From the NCBI RefSeq assembly GCF_006345805.1, contig NC_043006.1, positions 20,336,001 to 20,400,000 on the forward strand: a stretch of 64,000 bases of DNA, given 5' to 3'. The notes beneath the pieces are model-generated. The model did no database searches and was not told the origin of the DNA. It worked only from the letters and a program-made list of their open reading frames with translations. Made by a program: the position numbers and the translations under genes. Every line of letters starts with the position of its first letter. The stretch's first letter is position 1. Of the stretch, positions 39,481 through 52,960 are shown one piece after another. The stretch is from Octopus sinensis (Eukaryota).

Positions 39481-40548
39481 AACTGAATTACACAGAAGCT
39501 ATTAATAAGATCAGTAAATAGAAAAATAGAACAGAAATAAATAAATAAACATTTTTTCTCTTTGCACCCCAAATTATGTTTGGATGAAGGACTATCTTCG
39601 AAATAATCTGTGATGTAAATTGCTTCTATTTCTAAGAATAAACACAGTGACTAAATCATAAAGCAGGAAATGAAAAAAACAGCCAACTCTGAGACAAGAA
39701 AAAAATTAGAAACTTCCTGGTATTAACAATTAATCCAATATCATCCAGTATATATTCTGCAATTGTTCTCTAGTTGGTTTCAGAGAACAATAGCAACTGG
39801 CATTAAAAATAATCTATTTAAGCTCCACAGTGGTTAACTCAGATTAAAATATATCAACAAAACAAAACAGGGGGAAAAAAAAAAAAAACATTTGGTTTTG
39901 TTAAAAAAAATAAAAGAAAAAAATTTTTAAATGAAATTTATAAAATTTTTTTATTATTCCGAATAAAAAAAATATTCTAGTAAATACGGAGAAGGCAAAA
40001 TTCACAGACAAAATAAGTTCAATATGCTCTTGAACTGTCCAGAGGCATGCTTCAATTATGCTTAAAATTGAATAAAATAAATGAAATAATGCTGAATACA
40101 CATGTATGTGTACATGATGAACAAAATGGATAATAATGATAATAAAAGTGATTTCAAATTTTGACACAAGGCCATGAATTTTGGAGGGAGAGAGAAAGTC
40201 AATTTACATCAACCCGCCGTGATCAATTGGAACTTATTCTATCAACCCTGAGAGGATGAAAGGTAAAGTCAACCTCTGTGGAATTTGAACTCAAAATGTA
40301 ATGACAGATAAAATGCAACAATAATAATGATAATAATCTTTTCTACTCTAGGCACATGGTCCGAAATTTTGGGGGAGAGGGGCCAGTGGATTAGATCGAC
40401 CCAGTATGCAACTGGTACTCGATTAAAGGTGGTGCTCCAGCATGGCCGCAGTCAAAAACAAGTAAAAGAGTAAAAGATATATATATCATCATCATCGTTT
40501 AACGTCCGCTTTCCATGCTAGCATGGGTTGGAATGATACACACACACA

Positions 40549-40764
40549 TACACAGAGTGCTGAAAAGTTCCTGGCTTTGGATGAAAGAAATTACAGGAGG
40601 ATCAGTTAATTATGATTTCATTCAACATATTCCCTTCTCACACTTACTGCAGTGATCCTTCAGTTTTTCCGAAGCCCTGTAAAAGGACTCAGAAGGTTGG
40701 GCCTCCAATCAGGCTTTTTGTTTTAAAGCCTTACAGCCAGGAACTTTTCAGCAAGCCCCTTGTA
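40549..40764. mobile_element. Tc1/mariner-type MITE
   Basis: Terminal inverted repeats tgctgaaaagttcctggct / agccaggaacttttcagca with TA-rich flanks. Confidence 0.75.
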
Positions 40765-42349
40765 TATATATGAAGCAGAGACTAAACAATTGTAAAAGAA
40801 CACTGAATAATGTTGTTTATAATAAACCGATATGCAATGAGTGTGTAAACACTGTGAAATACATTAGGTGTAAACATGATAAAGATACAACAAACCTAAA
40901 CCAAGCTGACATTTAGCTAAAGGCCATTCTCATACCAAGAAACAACAACTTTCAGTCAACGACCCTTGATTAGTTCAGCTCCACTGGACACTGCAATGGA
41001 CACCTTTATGCATTACTGCTGTGTTTACAAACATCAAACATTGCAGGCTTGGCTGTTGGTAAAAAGCTTGCTTCCAAACTACATGGTTCTAAGTTCAGTC
41101 ATACTGTGTGACATCTTGGACAAGTGTCTTCTACTATAGCTCAGGGCTGACCAAAGCCTGGTGGGCAGATTTAAGCCTGTTGTATGTGTGTGTATGTATA
41201 TGTACAAACACACACACACAGAGGTTAGCAAGAGTACCCAGCCATAGAAACCAAACCAAATCAAACTGGAACCTGGTACAGCACTCAGTTTGCCAACACT
41301 GGTTGAACCATCTGACCAATGTCAGCATGAAAAGCAGACATTAAAGGATAATGACAAAGATGATATATATGTCATCATCATCGTTTAACGTCCGCTTTCC
41401 ATGCTAGCATGGGTTGGACGTATGACTGAGGGCTGGCAAACCAGATGGCTGCACCATGCTTCAATCTTGATCTGGCAGAGTTTCTACAGCTGGATGCCTT
41501 TCCTAGCGCCAACCACACCGAGAGTGTAGTGGGTGCTTTTACTGCCTCTATGTGTTCATACAATCTGGTAGAAATAGTAGTTAAGAGTTTCATCACACCT
41601 TACTGTCTTTTGGAAAAAAAAAAAAAGAAAACTGGGTAATGTAGTAGTAGTAGTAAACACAGTTTATTTAAATAAAAGATTGGATGGTCATAACTGGAAC
41701 AAACCTGATCATGTCTGATGGATAAGAGCTGGAAGAAGAGATTGAACCCGCCACCACGACCATCATTATTTGTAAGAACCTAGCAAAGCAAGTAGTTTGA
41801 TTACAAGTGTTTGGTTTCCAGCAAAAACAGCCACAACTTGACATTCTGCAATTCTTCACAAACACTTTGATGTTTCAAGACTGCCAGACAAGGATTATAA
41901 GAGTCTCTCTTTCTGCCTCATTTAACCAAATCACATTTCACCAGTTCTACATTGCACCACCACCACCACCACCACCATCAATGCCATCACTGTTCCACTG
42001 CCACCACCCAGCTTTTGGTTTAGCTTCACTGAAATGACCATGCATGGCAGCGAGAATATAGAACATAAATTCTATAAAGCAGGAAGTGTTAAATAATTTG
42101 TTTTTGTTAATGTGCCTCATCGGCATCCCACCCCCCGGTTACACCTGTATTCTGTTGGCACGGCGACTGTGTGTGTGTGTGTATGCGTATATGCATGTGA
42201 GTAATATAATATACCAAAGGCATAAGGGAATTAAGATTTGGACTATAAACTAAATGGAAAATAAATTAGTAAACAAATTAAATAAATATGGAAGTCTATG
42301 ATCCGGGTGGAACTGAAATAAAAAGTAGAAGATATGGAAGGGAGGGAGG

Positions 42350-42390
<41 letters not shown>

Positions 42391-43346
42391 TGTGTGTGTG
42401 TGTGTGTGTGTGCGCACGTGAAAGTAGTGTTTGAAGAAGATATTGGGAAACTGTAATGTGGAAAGTTGGCATATAAAGCACTAGGCATTCGTTGTTTGGT
42501 TAATAAATGTATAGAGATTAGTACTGATAATAAAAAAACTATTAATAACAAAATCACTTTATATTAATTATATTACATACATAGTAATTCAAACAGGAGT
42601 GGATTTTTTTTTTCTCCAAGTGTGTTTAAGCTAAACTCCTGAGTAAGACTTATAGGAATAAACTGAAAGTAGACTGACAAACGATTGTAACCTTATGGGA
42701 ACAATGGTTCGTTATTGTATTAGTAATAGACAACATTATTGACAGAACAGTTATGAGTTGTGTGGTTTGACATCTGAGACTATCCTTATATCCAACTTTG
42801 AATCACCATTTGTCAATTCTAAATAAATATACATTAATCTTTATTCACTAAAACACGTATCAGTCATCAACTGTGGTGAATACAACCAATCATATTTTGT
42901 GCCATTCCAGGGTTAAAAATAAAACACCACACACACACACACACACAACAAAATAAAAATAAAAAAAAACACTTAACAAATTATAATCACATCAGGAACT
43001 ATTGAATTAAGAACAGCAATTATTACAGAATATCAGCAATTTTCTGTGAAAATCAATCAATAGAAAGAAAACACTGAGAATTAGATGAAGGTCTCGTGAC
43101 AACCCCTACACATACAATGCTACGCTAACTCCCCTCTAATAATCATAATAAGCAAACAATTGCTGACGGTGGCATTCTTCAAGTGAAGACTACACAAAAT
43201 GAATTCAATTACAAAAACCAATCAATCACTCAGAGCAAACTTGAAACTATGTTAAAACACTTTCTGAATATGGCAGCGGAGGAGACAGTACCCACTGGGC
43301 AATAAAATCATTTTTGAATGTTGTGTTTTGCATGTATGCTGGCCTG

Positions 43347-43798
43347 TAACCCTTTTGATACCAACCCACCCAAGGCTGCCTTTGCTACTGATGCAAACTC
43401 CAGGTATCGAAGTGATCTAGTTAAAAATTACCCATTAACCCTTTCATTACTATATTTATTTTGAGATGCTCCGTGTTTCTTTCAATTATTTCAAATATAA
43501 CAAAGAATTTAGTAAAATAACTTTGTTATCATTCAGCTAGTGTTAGGAACATAAATTTTGATGAAGATTTAGTGGAAGGTGTGAATTCAAAACTTATGAA
43601 AACAAGACATTTATACTAAAGGGCCAGAGCCGGTTTCAGCTGGGTTGGTAACTAAAGGGTTAAGCTTCTATGTTAATTTATGTCCCATTACCAGCTTAGT
43701 AATGACCAAAATATCTTAGTATGTTCTTTATTATTTTTCAAAATTAATTGAAATAAACTAACTGTAAATCAACAGAAATATGGTAACAAAAGGGTTAA
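43347..43798. mobile_element. Nested piggyBac-type MITEs (inner element 43435-43663)
   Basis: Host taacccttttgatacc...ggtaacaaaagggttaa interrupted at a duplicated TTAA by a related element in the opposite orientation. Confidence 0.85.
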
Positions 43799-45339
43799 CT
43801 TCTCAACACAGATTATTTGTTCTCTAATGCTTAGCCGATCAGACACAGAAACTCACCAAGGGGCAGCAGGGTAAGAGAGACTAATTTGACTTAGAGCAAA
43901 ATAAATACATCAGATATTACATTCTTCAACCCTTTAGTATCCAGGTTACTGTCAAATATAATGTTTGTTTATTCATATTGTTTTGAATTAATCATGCATT
44001 ATCACATGGCTTTGAAATTTCAATGATGTGATTGTTTATTTTTAGTAAGACAGTGTAGGATAGGTGTGAGAGGCTGAATCTGGCCTGTTTAAACATAAAA
44101 CAGGTAGAATATTTGGGCTATATATGGCTTGTTTAAATGCAAAAGGGTTAATATGCACAGTCAAGAATGTGAAATATTATCTCAACAGAAAATTACTAGA
44201 ATTGAATAGAATAAGCAGTAAATTTGGTTGACTATTTAGAATATTGAACTGATTGCCTTGAAATGATTTGTTCCAGCTCCCTGAGTTCTGAGTCCAAATA
44301 CAATTAAGGTTAACTTTACCTTCATCTTTTTCGACTCGATAAATAAACCACTCTCTTTCTGTCTGAATGTCTCCCTAATCATTCAAGCTGAAATAGGTTG
44401 TGGTTAGCTTAGATTTAAAGTTGCCCAAGACACACAGTAAGTCATGACAGCACCCCTAAACCTTAATCAAGAGTTGAAGGTGCAAAACAAGACAAAATAA
44501 AATTAGGTTTCACTGTAACTATTTACAAGGATACCGTCAATGTGTCAATGTCGTACATGATTCGTGTCTCACAGGAGGAAAATAGGTTGAAAGCTGAGTT
44601 CACTCAATGATAACAACAGAATCAAGATAAAGGTCAGGCAGTGAAAGTACCCTAAAGCAGTTATGGCCAAGAGACCAGATATTGAGGTGAAACATGACTT
44701 CATAGACCTGTCAAAGGTTTGACAACAGGAAGGGCATCCAAGCACAACACTTCCATTGCTTCCATGAAATCCACTCAATGAAAAGCATCTGATGAAAAAA
44801 ACCCCTGATGAGTACATCACCTAGCATCACTATTTCCAAGCAACTCTCATATGATGAGCTGTCCTGGTGGTAATAGTGTTGTAGTCATGATTATAAGCAC
44901 GTGGTTTCAATTCCCAGGCCAAGGAGAGTGCTGAGTCCTTGAGCAAGGCTGTTTATTTCACATTGTTCCTGTCCATCTAGCTTAGAACGAGTGTCAGTAG
45001 TAGTTGGGGGAGTCAACCTAACAATGGATTGGTGTCCTATTCAGGATATGGTGAAGTGGAGTTTTGTATTCTTTTGGCTGCTTATACAACATGTAAAACT
45101 GAGATATGCACTGGTTCAATGAACCTCAAGGCTTGTTACACACACACATGCTGCCTGTATGTATGTACGTATTTCCCAATCTATAAACAGCGCAGAAAAA
45201 CCCACAAGTACTTCTCTTTTCCACCACCCATCAACTGCTCAGACCAACACAAACAAAAGCAGACAGATAATCTTTGAGAGAGAGAGTGAGTGAGAAAGAG
45301 AGAGAGTGAGTGAGAGAGAGCAAGTGAGAGAGAGAGAGC

Positions 45340-45375
<36 letters not shown>

Positions 45376-48299
45376 AGTGGAAAGTGTAGTTGATAGAGGA
45401 AATGACTAAGTGATGACAATTTGGTAAGAGAACATTCCATAAGGCTGCTCTACTGCATACCGACATGAAGAGATGAGAAGAATCAATAATGAAGGACATG
45501 AGATGGCAATATTTATTGAACACATCATTGTAAGGACATTTGAACTAGAGAAGGTCACTGTCGAGTCTGTTACACAATGTTAAACAAAACATAACAAATA
45601 AATTCCACTGGAGAATGCAAGACCCTTACGTCATCACTTAACAGTTGGATTTTTTAACCCCCAACCAATCCATCTCCCTAAAACTGACTCCAACAAGTCT
45701 CCTTGAAATCTAGAGATTATCAAAAAAAAAAAAAAAAGAAAGAATTTGCTCGTAAACTAAGTAGAAGAATGTAATTATAAAATGTTTTATGAGTGGGATA
45801 ATTCAAGTTCTGCTACTGCTGTCACCACCACTGACATCATCACTCCATCACAACCATCGCTGCTGCTGTTGGAGATAAAATTTGTGACCCTCTTTCCTCC
45901 TACTTCAATACACGGTTGAAACTACAACACAAATATTAATTAATACACAGAATTTCACAACTTGTTATCTGAACAACCACAATTTATTGTGCCTCTATGA
46001 AGAATTATTCTGGTAAGATTAGCAGCTCAGTACCAGCAGATGCAAATCAAAGCCATTGAATAACGTTATAAGATGATGATGATGATGATGGAGTGATGAC
46101 AAGTTAAGCCACTTAGGATATGGTTTGCTCTAGACATCCAGATGAATAGGGACAGGAATTAGGTTAGGAACAGGGTGGTTGACCTTTTCCAGATATGAGC
46201 CAAGAAATCAGGCAGAGGTGGCAAACATGTACATCTTCTTGATTACATTATCACCTGACCACTGTATCATCATCATCATCGTTTAACGTCCGTGTTCCAT
46301 GCTAGCATGGGTTGCATCTTTCTATATTTTTCATTGACTGGATGGAAAGGTCATGTTCCACTGGTGAGATGGGCCATCTGCTACCAACATTCTCTGCGCA
46401 GAAGGTTGAGTATGACTTGGTTGGTAGTGCTGTGGTCGCCTTTTGTCAGACACATATCTGTGAGAGAACAACAGTTTTGGGCTAAGTGAAGACCACGACT
46501 GGGTGCTTGGCATCTAAAATGTCCTTAGGTATATGTAACCTTCTACCAGTTGGGCAATATAGCTGGAGAAACTCTCATGTTCTGGTTCTATAGAGGACTA
46601 GTGGTGAAGGAAAATGACGACAGTATTGGGAATCATCAAAAATTAACGAGTTGGTCTGTTCTAAAGGAATTTCAGCATAGAAACTATGGATAACTCTTAG
46701 ACATTTCTATGCTATGCACGCTATTTTATCACCTTCGTTCACCTGCTTTAAAGAAAGCCTCTCATCACTGTTCTGTAATCTTGTGGTGATAGAAAGATTA
46801 TTATATTTTTACATGTAGGCCATTGGGTGTAGTAGTGGTAGATGGTAAGATTTGTAGAGTACTGGACAAAATGATTCAAGTTCAAATCCTACTGGAGTTA
46901 ACTTTGCCTTTCATTATTCTATAGTTTGTAAAAAGAAGTATCAGTCCAGTGCTGCCGTTGATTTAATCAACTCCAAACCCTAGCCTTTTGGAGGAGGAGG
47001 AGGAAGTTGATTACTTTGACCCCAATGTTCAGCTGGTATTTACTTTATTGACCCTGAAAGAATGAAAGGCAAAGTCGACCTTGGAAACATTTGAACTCAG
47101 ATCATAAAAAGCTGAGCCAACAATTTTGAGGGGAGAGGGGAAATCAACACCATTAACCCTAAGACCTGATTGTTGCTTTATTTTATCAACAAAGTTGAAC
47201 AGAGCATGACCTTGCAGGTGGGGCCCAGTTAGAATTTTTTTCAGGTCGAGTAAAACATCCTGCTCAAAAAGTCCCTGAATAAAGGGCTGTTTAAGGAAGA
47301 CAAACGAAATGCCCATGTTTCTTGAGGTGAATTATTCAAACTGCAAAGAATTCCTCTTAGCACATGGCTAGGATGCTTCCCCCACTACTCCTGCTTATGA
47401 TCAGAGATGCACATATCATCAGCCACTAAGGGACATGCTCAACTGGCTAAGGTCAAGCAACTGACAAGCAAATCTGTTTGATTATTATTATTATTATTAT
47501 TAATAATAATAATAATAATAATAGTAGTAGTAGTAGTAGTAGTGGTGGTAGTGGGTCAATGAAATCTCTGTCGGTGCAACACTAAACTGTTGGCACTTTT
47601 TCACTTAATGACTGGTTTAAATGCTTTTACAAAAAGGTAAGAAGATCACAAGTGCCAAATCAACCCATCACTTTCTCACCCACCACCACCACTTTTACAT
47701 CAGAAGCAGCTTTATTGCTTTGCTAAAAAAGTTGTCCTACTCATCACCATCCACCGCCATCATCATCATCATCATCATCATTATCACCATCATTACGAAA
47801 GATTACAAGACTAAACAGATATACATTGAAATATATCCCACCCCCATACTACACTGCTGCCCGCCTCTCCTTAATCATTTCATGATAACAAAATTACTGG
47901 AGTCAGAAAAGACAGTACTTGATCAATAGAGAGAGAGAGGGAAGTCTGTTAGTAAATCCTAATGCATACATACACACACACACATACATACATACAGGCA
48001 GACACACAACCGTGTCACGCAACCACCCACTAGTTTTATATGTAATAAGTTTCAGTAGCTGAATGTAGCACATAGTTTAGTCATCAGTTATTATACTATT
48101 GACTCACTACAGTTTCTATTGATTGCAAACTAATTTCTTTAGGTCTTTCAAACAGTATGGCAGCATCCTGTACAAGTATTAGAACTCAACAATAACAGAT
48201 AAACACAGAGAGAGAGAGAATATGTGCGGCTGCACATGTGCATGGTTACATACATACATACACACACACACATGTATTTTACATTGATATGTATGTATG

Positions 48300-48500
48300 T
48301 ACGCCATGATAGGTCGTTAGCTCCTACACGCATTTTTTTCTCTCCTTGATTTTTTCTGTGTATCTTTCTGTCAAAGAGCGTAGGCTCGAAACGTAAAAGA
48401 CCTTTTCTATTTCTATTCCTGAGCGCTATACTAATACATTTGTTTGTTTGTACTCCACCTGCCTTCGTCTTTTGTTTATTTTCATAAACTTTCCCGTTAT
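48300..48500 (+). mobile_element. Second copy of the 19060-19262 Penelope-like repeat, opposite orientation
   Basis: Near-identical reverse complement; hammerhead-like motif at 48363-48400 with core CUGUCAA. Confidence 0.6.
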
Positions 48501-49828
48501 ACATATATATACACACATATAACGGTGAAGAATGTTTGTGTGAGACGTGTACTAAAGTTACTCCCTACTCTGCGGTACCAGTTAGTTGTAGTTTGTAAGA
48601 AGTATACAGGCAAGCTCTTAAAGAAAAAGCTAAGGAATATTGGATTTCCTTCTTTTCAAAAACATCTTTTTATTTTTTTCCCCAGCATCAATCCCACTCC
48701 CATCTTCCTCCCACACTCACTTCAATGTCTATTTCAATGAGACAACTTTTCAAACTACTGTGACAAATGATGATGATGATGATGACGATACTGGTAATCC
48801 TTTCTCCTGTAGGCACAAGGCCTGAAATTTGGGGGGAAGGAAGACAGTTGATAACATTGACCCCAGTGCTTGACTGTGACACTTTTTTGCATCAATCCTG
48901 AAAGAATGAATGGCAAAGTAGACTTTGGTGAGATTTGAACTCAGAATGTAAGGATGGGCAAAATGCCACTAAGCATTTTGTTTGGCACAGTGAAGATTCT
49001 GCCAATTAGTTGCCACCATATTAATAATAATAATGGTTTCAAATTTTGCCCCAGGGGCAGCCAATTTAGGGGAAGAGAAGAGTCGATTACATTGACTCCA
49101 GTATTCAATTTGTACTAAATTTATCGACCCCAAAAAGGATGAAAGGTAAAGTTGACCTCAGCAGAATTTGAACTCAGAACGTAAAGACAGACGAAATACC
49201 GCTAAGCATTTTGCCTGGTATGCTAACATTTCTGCCAGCTCCTTGCCTTAATAATAATAATAATAATAATAAACTAAGGATAATATTAAACTGCAAAGTC
49301 TACTAAAATTCTTCCTAAATATGGCCAATTCAAAGGAATAACTATGGAATTGTACAACGGTTCAAAAATCATATAGGAAGCAAATAAACAAGAGCTCAGA
49401 ATGTGAAAACCAGGAAATTAGACCCCAACCACTCAGGAGTGAATAAATCTATTAAAATGAAAGAGAAATTTGAAAAAGAGGAGTAGGGAAGTGTCAGACT
49501 AATACTAGAAATAAAAAAAATTGTAGGCGTAAAATGCACTAGTGTTTTCAGTTATAAACTACAGCTCAACATATTTTACTGAAGTTAAGTGAAGTTAAAA
49601 GCATAGGCAGATGAAAAAAAAAAAAAAGAGGTAAAAAACTGATAGCATTTCTAAGTCATTATCACAAAGCTGATGGAGATAGAATATATCTACTCTGCAC
49701 ATAAAAGCAATGTCTGATACAAATAGTGAACTACTTACTACAAAATAACAACAGTGTGACTAGAAAAACACTTTGAAGCAAGAAACTGTCACGTGTAATA
49801 AAGAAGCTATACATATATATACATATAG

Positions 49829-49876
<48 letters not shown>

Positions 49877-51392
49877 AAACGACAAATGAAATAACACATT
49901 TAAATAAGGACAAGACAACAGAAAAGTTTGAAAATACAAATGACAAAAATGACAAAATCAAAATAAAACTTCAAGACATACTGAAGAGGAAATGAAAGGA
50001 AAACCATCTCAAGGAAAATAATGCATGAGGTTGAACAGAGAGGTAGTAAGCCAGAGTGGCTGCAAATAAGGGCCCAAAAGTGTGTGGGCTAAAGGTAGAA
50101 ACAGATCTGATTCTAATTGTATCAGCCCAATACCAAGAATAACTAGAAGAATAAAATAGTGGAAGATGATGCCAACATCAAGTAAAGACTACATGACTAG
50201 TACAATACAAAGGTCGACTACATCACTTCTGGATGCTGAGTCCTTGTCAAGTCAGAGTATATTTACAGACAAGTGCTATGTCCACTGGAAAATATATTAA
50301 CACTTTGATGTGAAAATGGACAAGTGGTGTAAACACATACTAAACATAATAGTCTACAACCACCCAGAACATGCCTGACTGAAAATTTCCATGAGAACCA
50401 AATACAGGAAGGAAGTGCCCCCTCCTCCTCTAATACAACTTCCCACTCCAAATGGAACTTAATTTATAAAGGCTTGGCTGCAGAGGAAAATGTCTGTCCT
50501 TGCTCACTTCAGTCATGTTCAGCACACAATCTCTTTTTTGCTTTAGCAGCCAAGCAGAGGAAAGTTTCCCTTTCTGGCCAAAACGATGGTTGGTTGGTTG
50601 GTCAATTTTTACACTGGACTCAGCTGACAGTTGGATCCATTCTACATGCAACAATAGCTGTTCGACAAAACAGGCAATAAGTGAAAGTATGCAGAACAGC
50701 TTCACTGCCATACGCACATCTCACATACATCTGGTTGATACCACTTGGATACGTGCAGAGTCTACCAGTGGTAACCATTTGTTTTGTTTAACCAGAGTTA
50801 GAGGGACAAGCTGAAGGGATGAAAGAAGCAAATCACATCAGAGCAAAAAACCTAAAAGCAATGAAAGAGAAATGAGGGGGGAAGGAAGACAGGGGAGTAA
50901 AAAAAGGAGAACATAAGAATTAGAAAGGAGAATAAAATGAAGGTTTAGTTAAGTGACAAGGATGGTCAGGCAATTAGTAGGGGACAGGGTCAAGTTGCAG
51001 AATTTCTCTAATCACTGGTGATGGAGTCGTTGGGGTAGTGGTGGTGGTGTGCTGCCAATAGTGACATTGTTGTAGATTGGGAGAGAGAGAGAGAGAGGTG
51101 GGGGGGGGTAGAATAGGAGACCAAAGGAAGTAAAAGGCAGAGAATGTGGAAAGGAACCAGAGACTGATGAAAATGACAATAGTTCCCAGACATGAGCAAA
51201 GATCTATGCAATAAGTGTGTGTGTGTGTTGGGGGGGGGGGGGGGTTAGGAGAGAGCGAGAAAAGAAATTAGGAAAGTGCAATGGAATATAGCAGTATGTG
51301 GTGGTGGTGGTGGCTGTGGTGTTACATGATTGGAAGTAAACCAGAGCAGACAGGTTGGCTAGTGTGCATTTCTACATCTGAGATATAACTGA

Positions 51393-51432
<40 letters not shown>

Positions 51433-52104
51433 ATACATTCCATTGAAGAGGCAGCTATATAGCTGCCCCCCCCCCCCTCCACTGCCCCGCATGGGTAGAA
51501 GTGGAAGCTGAGATAAGAGAAGGGATGCGCATGCAACTTTCAACAGAAATGAAGAGATGGTGGTAGATGTCCTATAAAAGTGGGGCTAAGGGAAGCAGAA
51601 CAGGAAAAAATCTTAACAACCATTGAACAGCAGGCTTTCTCTATCTACAAATATATATATATACATATATATATATATACATACAGCTAACAACCTCCAG
51701 CTTCTGAAGGCAGTCTCTAAAACTCAACAGCAACAGTCATTAATTAAACCCTTTCCTTCTTCCACAAAGCAAAAAAAAATCTTTTTTAAAACAATGGAAT
51801 ACCAAAACAGTAGCTCCCTTTGATTCTCTCCCAAGCAAGCTTTCTCCACCCATCTCCTTCAACACAGAGAGAAGGAGTTATCAGTGAAATCCAGTGGAGT
51901 GAGTTTGGGCGGGCAGGTGAGGGTGGAAAGAAAGTTGATGAGGAGAACAGTTACACCATATAAAGAAAGTATAAAGAAATTGAGATTCTTCTAAGATTGA
52001 AAGAAGGGGAAAAAGCTGGAAAGGGAAGGCACCAGCAACAAATGAGAAAGGATGACTCATTTCATATATAATCTATTTTCACAGAATATTTTGGGGACAT
52101 TATG

Positions 52105-52156
52105 AATGTGTGTGTGTATACACAGACACATATTTATGTATGTGTGTGTGTGTGTG

Positions 52157-52205
<49 letters not shown>

Positions 52206-52244
52206 TATATATATAATATAATATATAATATATATATGTATATA

Positions 52245-52275
<31 letters not shown>

Positions 52276-52607
52276 TGTATATATAATATATATATTTAAT
52301 ATTTATATATATGTATAAGTATATATATATGTGTATATAATATATAATATATGTATATAATATAAATATAGTATATATATATACATTATATATTATATAT
52401 ATATATATATGTATTAATATTATATATAGTATATAATATATATATATATATGTATAATATATATATAATGTATATAATATATATATATATGTATATAATA
52501 TATATATGGTGTATAAATATAAATATATGTATATAATATATATATATGTATATATATTACATATATATATATATATATACATATATATATACACATACAC
52601 ACACACT
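52105..52607. repeat. About 500-bp degenerate (TA)n array
   Basis: Direct inspection. Confidence 0.95.
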
Positions 52608-52756
52608 GTATGCTTACTGATATCTACTTCCTAGTACATATATAATATATATTGGTACAGAAGGAAGTAAATATCTGTAAGAGTAACAGAGTGTGTTTAA
52701 AACATCTGGAATGTTTCAGCTCCATATTAAATACACACACACACACACACACACAT

Positions 52757-52790
<34 letters not shown>

Positions 52791-52814
52791 TATATATAAT
52801 AATAATGATGATGC

Positions 52815-52848
<34 letters not shown>

Positions 52849-52927
52849 AAGGGATGTTACCTTAGTTCACTGGTAGTGAACAGCTGACACCGTAGTATAT
52901 CTCCAGCATTAGAAGCTGTGCAAAGGC

Positions 52928-52960
<33 letters not shown>

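Noticed and set aside
41706-41779. Possible short exon bounded by ctag and gtttgt
   Set aside because: Stop codon in the frame required by the phase-1 intron; no homology.
52100-52606. YI/HT/CV-rich ORFs here and throughout the ORF track
   Set aside because: Translations of (TA)n, (CA)n and (TG)n microsatellites.
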